From an uncultured Chitinophaga sp. (lineage in GTDB: Bacteria > Bacteroidota > Bacteroidia > Bacteroidales > GCA-2748055): a DNA stretch of 64,000 nucleotides. The position numbers and the translations under genes were made by a program. The DNA lies in contig CAYGFI010000008.1 of NCBI GenBank assembly GCA_964349045.1, forward strand, positions 1,393-65,392, written 5' to 3'. Shown one piece after another: positions 24,851-34,201 of the stretch. Position 1 is the stretch's first letter. Every line of letters starts with the position of its first letter. The notes below the pieces were generated by a model. The model was given only the letters and a program-made list of their open reading frames with translations, had not been told where the DNA came from and searched no databases.

Positions 24851-27800
24851 TTATTGTTCAGTTAACGCATACAGGATTTCCAGCGCTTCAACCGCCTCTT
24901 TTTTCTGTTTTCCCTTCAAATCCGGAAGGACCTGGGTAATTGTATTTATAGCTTCCTGCACTTCCACCCTGTCAAATCCCACACCCGAGCCTGAAAGCTC
25001 GCCAATAGGGTGTTCGCTCATTCCTTCTTTGTGGATAATATCAATACCATTTGTTGCGCAGCACCCGTTTTCAGGAATTGGGCAATTCTCCCGGTCCGTG
25101 TTGTCCGATAAATAACTGAGCAAATAATTTTTTTCGGCAAATTTTGCCACCTGTGTCATTAAATCGCCCCGAATTAACTTTTTTGCAGCAATTTCAGATT
25201 CTATTTCGCGCATAACCGATTCTTTATATTCATCTGTTTTCAGACTATCTAAATACCCGGATGCTTCTTTAAATCTTTTATCGGTATCGCGTTTTAGTTT
25301 TGTTAGACTATCATACCAGGCAATACCATAAGGGTTAAGAACTGATTTTTCAGCTTTTCGTACATGGGAATAATGATCAATCATGTTTTTATAATCCCAA
25401 TGGCTTACTGACCATATTTCGCCCTCATACTCTTCTGTTAATTGCTCTACCTTATACCCAAAGGTTGTCCTTTCGGGTTCCAGATAAAAAGTTTTTATAT
25501 CAAGGTCACGGCAAATTTTAAGAAGCAGCGGCATATCGCATTTATTAGTTGCTTCAAACTGTAAAAATTCTTTTGTAAGTAGATCAATCTTTTCCGAATA
25601 GTCTTTTATCCTGCCAAGAAATTTTGTTTCACTTTCTTTTTTTGCTAAGACCGTGACTTTCCCTTTCAACAACCCGGAATATTCAATCCATTTTTTTGAT
25701 TTATTCTTTAAATCTCCATATACTTCATCGCGAGATTCAATCAACTGTTCTATATGAGAATCAATTTTTGAAATGGTTTCTATGTTTTCCTGTATAATGG
25801 CTAAGGTGCGGGTTGCATCCTTTACAACTGTCTCATATTTAATCTTAAATTTTTCTTCCGGATCTTCAACCAGCTCGTATTTTATCTCTTGCGGGTCCAT
25901 ATCCGAATTATCAATTTCTTCAACGTTACTTTCCCCAATATTATGCCACAGGGATGCAATACGTTTAGACTTTTCATCCTGCTTTTGAAACACGAAATTA
26001 TCCATTGAATTTATTACCAGCGGCATAATAAACCGCACGTACCCGAATTTATTTCCCTGTCTCCATATCCGGCCCTTTAATTGGCGAATATCAGTGGGGT
26101 TCCATTCAGGAAAAAGATCATGAATACACGTACCGCGGGCCTGCAGGTTAATTCCTTCGCGGATAGTAGACGTTCCGATAATTACTTTTACAATGCCGGC
26201 GTTAAAAGCATCTTTAATTAATTCTTTTCTATCGTCTGCAGCTTCGCCTCCGCCACCAGAAATTATTTCTACTTCATCCAGCTTTTCATCGTCATAAATG
26301 AGCCCGCGTTTCATTTTAAGATCATCCAAAAGGAATTGTTTGATATACTCAAAGTATTTTTCTCCGCGATTTGAATAAATTACCTGACCAGAAAGTTCTT
26401 CGCCCCTGGCTTCGTGCCAGTCTTTTATTGTACGAATACACTCAACTGCAAATTTGATCTTTGGACTCTGGTTTACAAATTCTTCTGCACTGTCCGGCTC
26501 CTGATTAGCAAAAAGGAACGGGCTGAATGCATTGTTTAAACTCATAGCAATAGCACGGAATACCGCACCCCTGTTTTGCCGCGATATGGCCGCTGCAGTT
26601 GATTTTACAACTACCTGGTTTTTTTTCTGCCAATCGTTCATATCCAAATAGGTGTTTATACCAAGTTGCTTATTTGGATAATCAATTAAACAAGGTCGTA
26701 CAACGTTTGCCTCTTTTGGATTGTCTTTATAATCGAAATGATTATAAAGAATTGTTTGCAGCAACTTTAAATTCTGGAAGGATTTTATTACCGGTTTCGT
26801 TACAATTTCTCCTACGTTGTTAACCGCATATTCAACCGTTTCCAATATAAAATTCTCAAAGAATTTTTTAATGTTATACAAATTATAATAATTGAGCGTA
26901 TCAAGGCCAATATAGGAAAGCATTGAATACATTTCGAGCGGTGAATTTGAGAAAGGCGTTGCCGTAAGAAGTACAACGTTTTTACCAAACTTACGCTGCA
27001 AATATTGAGATACGAAAAACATTTTTACCGCTCTGGAAGAACGACTGGAAGAAATACCAAAAAGTTTTCTACCGGTTTCCGGATCTTTACCGCAGGATGC
27101 AAAAACATTTTTAAAATTATGCGCTTCATCGACCGTCATGTGATCAAACCCAACTTTATTGATTTGCACAATGGCGTTTTTATTACCAAGTCCTAACCAG
27201 CCTTGCGCTTCTTCGCGGAATTTTACTTCTTCTTTTTCGTCCGTAGCATCTTTTTGAGCGATTACGTTGTAAATTGCATTAAACAAATCGCCGCTTATTT
27301 CCCGGCCATATCCCATCTGTTCAAAACCTTTATAGCTGACAACTGTAATAGTATTTTCAGGAACTTCCTTATTAAAATCAACCTTGTTTTCTGAAATTAA
27401 ACGCTCGTAATGCTTACCAGATAAATTATACCAGTCATTAACTTTTATCTCAGTTCCGGAGAAAACCCCGTAATGATATTGCGCTCCCTGAAAATGGGTA
27501 AACTCTACTTTCTCCCCATCTGTCCAATATCCAAATAATTCTTTCAGCCAATTTTTATACGTTGGTTTTGGAACTACAATTAACGGACGTTTAATTTTTC
27601 CCTGACTCATTAACTGAGCGATATTTAAAATCGCTGTAAGCGTTTTTCCAAACCCTACATCGTAGGCAATGCAACCGGAACCTACTAACTGCAGAAAGGC
27701 AAGGCCGTGCCGCTGTGCATTTTTTATTCCCAATGCACCCTCTTTAAACATTGCGCTGCCTGCGTATGCAATAGGAATTTTATCGACAAACTGATTAATG

Positions 27801-30127
27801 GAGGTAAAGGCATTATATTTTTCGTTCCAAACCAAGTCAAGGCGCACTGAATCTTCAAAAGTCAATGCAACGGAAAGAAATTCAGAAAATAATTCTTCTG
27901 AAGCTAACCGGGCATTACCAATTAACTCTGCTTTTTCACTTGCACTTAACTCGTCGTTTCCGTCTGAATCTTTGGGCCAGCGGATTGATTTTGCCCAATA
28001 ATAAGTAGAAATATTGCTTTTGGTAGTATTTTTAAGATCGCTGTCTTTAACCGTTTCAGTGGTCCAAGCCTGAAAAGCCTCAAATAAAGAAACGGGCTCA
28101 GTTGCCGCCTGAAAACGGCCCCGTTTAGTTGCCCCAATTTTTACACCAGTAAGTTCATTTAACTCTAAAATACCAAAGTTTTCGGCTTCCATGCCAAAAG
28201 CAGAAAGGCTTAAAATATGGGGGCGGGCGGTTTTTATAGGATCTCGGAAAGTACGTTGCTTTGGTTTATAACCTTCTGCTATGGCCAGTTGTTTTTCATA
28301 AATTTCAACTCCGTATTTTTCAATTATCCGGGCCTCATTTGTTTTAAGTATATCGATTTTTTTATATATATCCCCGAAGTAAAATACAGGTACCGGAAAA
28401 TAATCGTCTCCATCAAAGATCAAAGCACCTTCTTTTACCAGGTTGTCAATTTCAGCTTTACTAGCGAGAGGTTTTGTTTTTGTTTCCTTAACGTCTTTTT
28501 TATTTACCCAGATCAGTTCATTGTTTTCTGTTCGGATAATTATATATGTTTCAGTTCCATACTGATTTTTGAACTTTGTCTTTTTTCCTAACGTAGTACC
28601 TGCAGGAACTAACCTGATATCAGCGTACTTATTATCTTTTAGCATTGTTTCCTTTGAGGTAATTATTACCTCTGAAACTTCTCCGGTACCAGCCAAATAA
28701 TATTTATTCCAGCCCTTCATCGGGTTCCCGAATTGCCGCTTATACCATACCCAGGCTTTTAATTCGCTCTCAGATATACCAGGATTATAGCGGGTAATGC
28801 TTTCTTCAATGGTAATGTTTTCCTTTTTTTCATCATCATCCAAAAGGTTATTGGCTTTTATAACCGCAAAATCTTGTTTAGTAATTTCAATTTCAGGAAC
28901 TACGGTTTCTGTGTTGTTTTTTTCTTGCTCAAAATCAGTTGGCGAGAGTCTTATAATTTCCTGTACTCTGTCACCAGAACAGCACCTTGCACTAATTTTT
29001 TTATCCCCTTCATAAAAATCATTTCGCACTTCTACCTCCATACCAGCCGTGGCATGTTTAGAAACATTTTTATTGAGTTTTAAAATAGTTCCTGCTTTTA
29101 TTAAAATCTTTGGTTCCATGTCGGTTCTTTCTTCTGGTTTGGCTTTTTGTTGCCACTTATTTTGCCACTCTTTATGTTTTTTGTCGTAATCCTCTTTTGA
29201 AATGCCGGTTAAGGGGCCTTCAAATTGCTCATTAACTTTTTCAGAAGTCATGCTTTTATAATTTATATTAAATGCATCAATTCTGTAAGCATACTCAGTT
29301 TCCAGATCAACAATTCTACGAATTATTCCATACCATGTTTCTTTTTCTGTGTCCCCTTGCTCATATTTTACATGATCATCAACCGCATAAAAAGCGGGAG
29401 CCCTTACTTCTTCTGGTTTCTTTTTAGAGGTTTTCATATTGAGCGCATTTTTTAATAAAACAGTTTCCTTATTATATTCAGGATCGATTAAAAAATCGTT
29501 TAAAACTTTTTTTGATATTTTTTTTCCAGCAATAACAGCTTCAACTATTTGTTTTAACTGATATTTCCAAAGTTCCCGTGAAAACATTTCCGGGGAAAAC
29601 TCTTTTTCTTTTTGAAGGTTTTTTGGAATATCGAACGCGAAATTTTGTGCTTCGTAATAATCCCCTACCTGCAAATCCCCGTTTATTTCTTTTGTTATTG
29701 CGTTTTTATGTAAAATGATATTTTTTTTAAACTCACTAAACGTCATTTCATAAATTTCTTTTTTAGTGGTAGGAATACCCTTTTCTTTTTCAGTTATGGC
29801 TGTTTGTAAAAACAAATTTATCTGATCAATAACCTGTTCAATAGTTCCTACCACCAAAACAGGATTTAAAAACCCGCTACCTGGTTTAATTGTGCCCGCA
29901 ACATGGCTGGGGTTTATCGCGAAGAAATTTGCGTTTGATATTTTTTCTAAATCCGTATCGGGACCAGTAATAAAAGTATAGTTGCCAAGAAACTGCACGT
30001 ATTCTACCAGAAGTTTTTCGGGAATAAAGCCATTGGAAAGAAGGCGTTTTGTTTCTTCGTCCCCCGAAGCGGTTGCCTCGTTTATTTTTTCATTTATGAA
30101 TTCGGTACGTGCCCTGTAACTTCCCAT
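24851..30127 (-). CDS. SNF2/DEAD-like helicase, 1758 aa
   Basis: Motif I VGFGKT, motif II VDEAHNFKN, motif III LLTATPFSNSPLEMY, motif V TSTIREGINLQ, motif VI QLKGRIWRQGN. About 800 aa at the N-terminus and 350 aa at the C-terminus are unassigned. Confidence 0.9.
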   Translation of the reverse strand: MGSYRARTEFINEKINEATASGDEETKRLLSNGFIPEKLLVEYVQFLGNYTFITGPDTDLEKISNANFFAINPSHVAGTIKPGSGFLNPVLVVGTIEQVIDQINLFLQTAITEKEKGIPTTKKEIYEMTFSEFKKNIILHKNAITKEINGDLQVGDYYEAQNFAFDIPKNLQKEKEFSPEMFSRELWKYQLKQIVEAVIAGKKISKKVLNDFLIDPEYNKETVLLKNALNMKTSKKKPEEVRAPAFYAVDDHVKYEQGDTEKETWYGIIRRIVDLETEYAYRIDAFNINYKSMTSEKVNEQFEGPLTGISKEDYDKKHKEWQNKWQQKAKPEERTDMEPKILIKAGTILKLNKNVSKHATAGMEVEVRNDFYEGDKKISARCCSGDRVQEIIRLSPTDFEQEKNNTETVVPEIEITKQDFAVIKANNLLDDDEKKENITIEESITRYNPGISESELKAWVWYKRQFGNPMKGWNKYYLAGTGEVSEVIITSKETMLKDNKYADIRLVPAGTTLGKKTKFKNQYGTETYIIIRTENNELIWVNKKDVKETKTKPLASKAEIDNLVKEGALIFDGDDYFPVPVFYFGDIYKKIDILKTNEARIIEKYGVEIYEKQLAIAEGYKPKQRTFRDPIKTARPHILSLSAFGMEAENFGILELNELTGVKIGATKRGRFQAATEPVSLFEAFQAWTTETVKDSDLKNTTKSNISTYYWAKSIRWPKDSDGNDELSASEKAELIGNARLASEELFSEFLSVALTFEDSVRLDLVWNEKYNAFTSINQFVDKIPIAYAGSAMFKEGALGIKNAQRHGLAFLQLVGSGCIAYDVGFGKTLTAILNIAQLMSQGKIKRPLIVVPKPTYKNWLKELFGYWTDGEKVEFTHFQGAQYHYGVFSGTEIKVNDWYNLSGKHYERLISENKVDFNKEVPENTITVVSYKGFEQMGYGREISGDLFNAIYNVIAQKDATDEKEEVKFREEAQGWLGLGNKNAIVQINKVGFDHMTVDEAHNFKNVFASCGKDPETGRKLFGISSSRSSRAVKMFFVSQYLQRKFGKNVVLLTATPFSNSPLEMYSMLSYIGLDTLNYYNLYNIKKFFENFILETVEYAVNNVGEIVTKPVIKSFQNLKLLQTILYNHFDYKDNPKEANVVRPCLIDYPNKQLGINTYLDMNDWQKKNQVVVKSTAAAISRQNRGAVFRAIAMSLNNAFSPFLFANQEPDSAEEFVNQSPKIKFAVECIRTIKDWHEARGEELSGQVIYSNRGEKYFEYIKQFLLDDLKMKRGLIYDDEKLDEVEIISGGGGEAADDRKELIKDAFNAGIVKVIIGTSTIREGINLQARGTCIHDLFPEWNPTDIRQLKGRIWRQGNKFGYVRFIMPLVINSMDNFVFQKQDEKSKRIASLWHNIGESNVEEIDNSDMDPQEIKYELVEDPEEKFKIKYETVVKDATRTLAIIQENIETISKIDSHIEQLIESRDEVYGDLKNKSKKWIEYSGLLKGKVTVLAKKESETKFLGRIKDYSEKIDLLTKEFLQFEATNKCDMPLLLKICRDLDIKTFYLEPERTTFGYKVEQLTEEYEGEIWSVSHWDYKNMIDHYSHVRKAEKSVLNPYGIAWYDSLTKLKRDTDKRFKEASGYLDSLKTDEYKESVMREIESEIAAKKLIRGDLMTQVAKFAEKNYLLSYLSDNTDRENCPIPENGCCATNGIDIIHKEGMSEHPIGELSGSGVGFDRVEVQEAINTITQVLPDLKGKQKKEAVEALEILYALTEQ

Positions 30128-30131
30128 AAAA

Positions 30132-31040
30132 TTAGTTTATGCCTTCAAATTCACTTTCCAAATAAGCAAGAGCCGTTGAAAGTTTTATTTTATCTTCTGA
30201 CATTGATTTAATGCAGCGGTTAACCACATAGGCTAATCCGTTATCCCCGCTTTCAATGCGCTGGCAAAGATGCTTGTATTTATTGGCCTTGCATTGCTCC
30301 TTAACCTTTTCGGTTATAAGCCTTACCGTTTCAGATTCATTTATTTCTTCTGAATTATTATCTGAACTATTTTCTTCTTTCATTTGTCTGATTTGTTCAT
30401 TTATAAATCCTATGATTTCATTTGCACTTGTGCCAGAATCGAAAATTTCTTCCTCGGATCTTCTTAATCCTTCTGGACCTGAAGTGTAAAAATGTTCAGT
30501 AGGATTTGCATTAGTTATAACTATAGAGAGGAAGTAATCTTCTAATCCTTTATTTTTATGTTTCCCAGAATGATCTGCAATTCTTAGTTTCAATGTTTTA
30601 GGATCATCCGACTCATCAATATTAATTGTAGAATATTTCCCGCCAAAATACCTGGTAACTTCTTGTAAAATTGAATCCGATTCTTTATTTACTCTTTCTA
30701 TAGAATCATTTAATATGGTGATTGGTTCTGGTTCATTTGTTATTTTCCAATAAGATTCATCTTTTAATGTACGTTGGTCGATATAATCTTCTATTTTTTC
30801 AAATTCCGGATCAATTTCGCCTATGAATTCATAAATAATCTGGACCTTTTCAAGGCGCTTTGTATTACTTGAATAATTTTCTCTACCGGGAAAGTCTCTA
30901 TAATCAATAGAATTATAATCTTTAAATGCTCGTTCATAATCAGAATATGGTTTTCCAAATTGCTCATCCCAATCATCTCCACCTATCATTATCATGAAAA
31001 CTTCCTCAGTATAAATTTTATCAATAAGGCCTGAATTCAT
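30132..31040 (-). CDS. acidic hypothetical protein
   Basis: 302 aa, Asp/Glu-rich, lying between the methyltransferase and helicase genes in the same operon. Confidence 0.65.
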   Translation of the reverse strand: MNSGLIDKIYTEEVFMIMIGGDDWDEQFGKPYSDYERAFKDYNSIDYRDFPGRENYSSNTKRLEKVQIIYEFIGEIDPEFEKIEDYIDQRTLKDESYWKITNEPEPITILNDSIERVNKESDSILQEVTRYFGGKYSTINIDESDDPKTLKLRIADHSGKHKNKGLEDYFLSIVITNANPTEHFYTSGPEGLRRSEEEIFDSGTSANEIIGFINEQIRQMKEENSSDNNSEEINESETVRLITEKVKEQCKANKYKHLCQRIESGDNGLAYVVNRCIKSMSEDKIKLSTALAYLESEFEGIN

Positions 31041-31041
31041 T

Positions 31042-32205
31042 TTATTTTTTTTTGAAGATTATTATATCCGTCCCTACGTCAGTTGTTGAAAAAACGCCAT
31101 TTGGTAATCGGAATGAGGTAATAAACTCCCCGATCTTTAAAATTTCTTCTTTCATGTTATTGTACATAGCCCCATTGTTCATAAAATTCTGAGAAACAAT
31201 ATAAACAAGGATGCCATCTTTTTTAAGAAGTTTTAAGCCTAAAAGTACAAACAAAAACTCAAAGCGTTTAAACGCCTTTGGCATGTAGCTCTTATAATAC
31301 CCCATATAATCACCATAAGGCGGGTTTCCGATTACCAGATCCATTTCAGGCAACCAGCTTTTCTTTATGGCTCTTGAGTAATTTGGAGCCTCCAAAAAAG
31401 CAGTTTCAAATTCCTGCTGGTAAAAAATATATCTTTCTGTGTCCGGGTATAATAATTTCGCGATTCGCAAATTAAGTGTGTCCGGATCAAACCCGTAGCA
31501 GGTTGCATTTTCCGGTGCAAACTTGAAAAACCGGCCAGTCCCACAGCTGGGCTCACACATAGTTAAATTTTCTCGGGGAACGCCCAGGCTAAAAGCAAGG
31601 TCCCACATTTTTTTTATTATGGGGTAGGGTGTGTAAAACTGGTGCAAAATTCCTTTATCAACAACTCCCTTAACGGAGCCCAACCCTTCATAAAGCTCTA
31701 ATGTGCCCCGCTGAAAGTCCGTTAACTTATTCGGGTTTTCCGATAATATTTCCTGAGTTTGGTTAGCAATAGATTCCCTCTGAGATTTTGAGAGCTTTGG
31801 GTATTTAGCGATCAAATCCTGATCAGTATTTAATTCTCCGGGGTCTGCGCTTTGTTCTAAGGCGCTCAATTCCTTTTCGTACTTCTGCATTTCCTGCAGA
31901 TACATTTCTTTAAGAGCTTTGCCGGCGGTTTTTATTGCCTCCTTTTTTTCGCTTATTGATCTTTTTAACTGCGAAATTCTTATTTCTTTGCCGCTTTTTA
32001 CAAATTGCATGCGGGTTTCAAACTCAGCTATTGGCACCCAATAAGCCGGAAATGTTTCAGAAGGTGTGGTAAAAGTTGGAATTACCCGGATATCAGTTGT
32101 TGAAAATTTAAGAACCTTTACCTGCCGGTTTTTCTGGCTGTCCTCAAAAACATCATCAATTTCTATTGTTTTCCCAAAATGGGTAGGTGAAGCCGGGTTT
32201 TTCAT
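31042..32205 (-). CDS. N6-adenine DNA methyltransferase
   Basis: AdoMet motif I CEPSCGTGRFF and catalytic motif IV VIGNPPYGDY. Confidence 0.85.
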   Translation of the reverse strand: MKNPASPTHFGKTIEIDDVFEDSQKNRQVKVLKFSTTDIRVIPTFTTPSETFPAYWVPIAEFETRMQFVKSGKEIRISQLKRSISEKKEAIKTAGKALKEMYLQEMQKYEKELSALEQSADPGELNTDQDLIAKYPKLSKSQRESIANQTQEILSENPNKLTDFQRGTLELYEGLGSVKGVVDKGILHQFYTPYPIIKKMWDLAFSLGVPRENLTMCEPSCGTGRFFKFAPENATCYGFDPDTLNLRIAKLLYPDTERYIFYQQEFETAFLEAPNYSRAIKKSWLPEMDLVIGNPPYGDYMGYYKSYMPKAFKRFEFLFVLLGLKLLKKDGILVYIVSQNFMNNGAMYNNMKEEILKIGEFITSFRLPNGVFSTTDVGTDIIIFKKK

Positions 32206-32259
32206 TAAAAAAAATTATTTAATTTAGCAACTTAATACTACAAATTTAAAAAAAAACGC

Positions 32260-33279
32260 ATGAAAAAACAGGGAACTGGCGATAAAGCCTCAAAAAACGG
32301 ATCTGGAAAAACGGATTCTAACAACAAAAACACGGAAAACGGAGAAAAAACCGATAAAAAAACGGAAAACTCTCAAAACTCCGAAAAAAACCCTTCTCCC
32401 GAAGAAATTAAACTGCAGGAACTAAAGGCCCGTGCAATTGCCGTTAGTCTGCCGGAAACTGCCACAGAAGAAGAAATTGTGGCTGCAGAAGATCGTAAAA
32501 AATTGGTTGCCCGTGCAATTGCCGCTGGTCTGCCGGAAACTGCCACGGAAGAAGAAATCGTTACTGCAGAAACTAAACCACTTTTTGAAGAAGAAAAAAA
32601 GGTTGGAATTCCTCATGTTTTAACCAAAGAGGATATGCTAAACAACCCTGAATTTGGTGATGATGGGATGGAAGAAGGGCAGACCGTTTATTTGTCAGAA
32701 GAAGAAGTTTCTGCGCTTACCAAAGGTAAACGTCCGAGAGGTGAGGCAAGGTTCCCTTATGAACTTTTAGAAGAAGACCTGGTTAATTTTCCTGAACTCA
32801 GGGATGCGGGCGGTATTGCCGGAGGTACCATTTTTGCAACTGAGAAGGAAATTGCAGCAATGTTAGCCATGCATAAAAAAGAAGAAGCGGCAGATACTAA
32901 AAAAGAAGAAAAAGTTTTGACCGTGCACGAAACTGGGGAAACTCTTGAGAATGGAAATGCTAAAATGAAACCAACTCCTTCTTTTGATCTTCAAAAATTC
33001 GGGAAGAATATTGAAACTATTCTTACAAATCATTTAGTTGGTAGCTCTCATAATCCAATGACAGAAAAAGACGTTAAAAGTTTTATTTCTCAGTCAGGAG
33101 GTAAAGGAATTTCAGTTTCTTTCAAGTACCATGATAACACAGAAGAAGATCGTAAAAAAGATTCCAGGTATGCTAAAATTTGTCTTAGTGCATTTGGAGA
33201 AAATTTTGTGTTTCCTTCGGATGAAAACAGTTATTTACCGATTGGAGCTGATTTTTCAATCCCACTTCATAAAAGATAA
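32260..33279 (+). CDS. hypothetical protein with two HeH-like repeats
   Basis: The only plus-strand gene inside the element. ARAIAVSLPETATEEEIVAAE (32428-32490) and ARAIAAGLPETATEEEIVTAE (32509-32571). Followed by a terminator. Confidence 0.7.
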   Translation: MKKQGTGDKASKNGSGKTDSNNKNTENGEKTDKKTENSQNSEKNPSPEEIKLQELKARAIAVSLPETATEEEIVAAEDRKKLVARAIAAGLPETATEEEIVTAETKPLFEEEKKVGIPHVLTKEDMLNNPEFGDDGMEEGQTVYLSEEEVSALTKGKRPRGEARFPYELLEEDLVNFPELRDAGGIAGGTIFATEKEIAAMLAMHKKEEAADTKKEEKVLTVHETGETLENGNAKMKPTPSFDLQKFGKNIETILTNHLVGSSHNPMTEKDVKSFISQSGGKGISVSFKYHDNTEEDRKKDSRYAKICLSAFGENFVFPSDENSYLPIGADFSIPLHKR

Positions 33280-33304
33280 CAACAATTCTCACTACAATGA
33301 AAAA

Positions 33305-33328
33305 GGGCTCCAATTGGGGCCCTTTTTT
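33305..33328 (+). terminator. rho-independent terminator
   Basis: gggctcc-aatt-ggggccc followed by tttttt. Confidence 0.6.
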
Positions 33329-33398
33329 CGTAGGTTAAGGATAAGTATTGCAACTTAAAGAACCATGCAGATGGCGCAAAACGCGCATTTGCTTACCC

Positions 33399-33473
33399 TG
33401 GTAGCGGGGGCACGATTCGAACATGCGACCTCCGGGTTATGAGCCCGGCGAGCTACCCCTGCTCTACCCCGCC
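33399..33473 (-). tRNA. tRNA-Met (CAU), initiator-like
   Basis: Folded by hand into a 75-nt cloverleaf: GGCGGGG-UA-GAGC-AGGGGUA-GCUC-G-CCGGG-CUCAUAA-CCCGG-AGGUC-GCAUG-UUCGAAU-CGUGC-CCCCGCU-A-CCA. Three G:C pairs close the anticodon stem, A11:U24 is present, and CCA is encoded. Confidence 0.85.
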
Positions 33474-33510
33474 ATACCACAAATATAAAAATTCTGCAAA
33501 TTAATCTACC

Positions 33511-33531
33511 GTTTGTCCGGTGTTTGTCCGG
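33511..33531. repeat. tandem GTTTGTCCGG x2 (third degenerate copy at 33587-33595)
   Basis: gtttgtccgg-t-gtttgtccgg, plus gttgtccgg 56 nt downstream. Confidence 0.6.
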
Positions 33532-33632
33532 AAAATTTATATAAACAATTGACAATCAACAATAAAAATAATGTTAAAAGATGGCAGTTGTCCGGAAACA
33601 ATCAACGGTATCTACGGCGCAATCAACGCTTT

Positions 33633-33695
33633 TTGCTAATTCTGCTACTTTTCTTGCTACGCTTGCTACTTTTCTTCCTACTCTTGCTACTTTTT
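33633..33695. repeat. three tandem 21-bp iterons
   Basis: ttgctaattctgctacttttc / ttgctacgcttgctacttttc / ttcctactcttgctacttttt. TGCTA cores are spaced 9+12 nt. CAATCAAC x3 and an AT-rich stretch lie just upstream (33531-33629). Confidence 0.75.
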
Positions 33696-33696
33696 T

Positions 33697-33736
33697 AAAA
33701 AAAAAGAACCCCGCTACTGGGTTTAGCAGTGCGGGG
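33697..33736 (-). terminator. rho-independent terminator of the 33802-34200 transcript
   Basis: On the minus strand: ccccgc-actg...cagt-a-gcgggg hairpin followed by ttcttttttttt. Confidence 0.55.
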
Positions 33737-33801
33737 AGGATTGGCACCCGTTTTCGTCGCGATTGACTTAGGAAGGCCCGTCAGACCGCAAAAATAAGCA
33801 A

Positions 33802-34200
33802 TTATTTTGAACTGTTGAAAGTGGTTGCCTTAGCAAAATCCTTCTTTATCTGATCGTGGTTTAGCCATAAAATATAAAAGAAACAGCAAATAGCAATAAC
33901 GTGTAGGTGACAAAATAAAATTACTGTTGCCAATAATGATGCAAGTATTAAACCACTTGCAAAACTTTTACAATCTGGTTCGGCATTAAATTTACTGACA
34001 TCGGTTTTAAACGATTTTTTAGCTATGAATTTTTCACACCCTTCTTCAACCGAAATTTCGTGATTAGCGTTCATTGCTTCCAAAAGGTCAGCGCGAGTGT
34101 TAATTTTATCCTGGTCAGGGAAAACAAGATAAATTTTCTTTCCGCTTTCCGGATCGACATAGTAAATCCGGATCTTTCCACTTAGTTCTAATGGGCTCAT
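33802..34200 (-). CDS. membrane protein
   Basis: 132 aa. C-terminal half has hydrophobic segments (LILASLLATVILFCHLHVIAICCFFYILW). Confidence 0.6.
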   Translation of the reverse strand: MSPLELSGKIRIYYVDPESGKKIYLVFPDQDKINTRADLLEAMNANHEISVEEGCEKFIAKKSFKTDVSKFNAEPDCKSFASGLILASLLATVILFCHLHVIAICCFFYILWLNHDQIKKDFAKATTFNSSK

Positions 34201-34201
34201 G

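Noticed and set aside
33355-33555. 66-aa minus-strand ORF from the six-frame track
   Set aside because: It is the tRNA-Met gene and its flank read as protein. The Arg/Cys-rich translation has no coding character.
33633-33695. Possible CRISPR array
   Set aside because: The three 21-bp units are contiguous with no spacers, are degenerate, and have no cas genes nearby. They are iterons, not CRISPR.
33513-33766. Two plus-strand ORFs (33513-33698, 33581-33766) in the iteron region
   Set aside because: Their Leu/Phe-rich or ATFLxTL-repeat translations come directly from the 21-bp tandem repeats, and the region is bounded by terminators on both sides. It is treated as non-coding.
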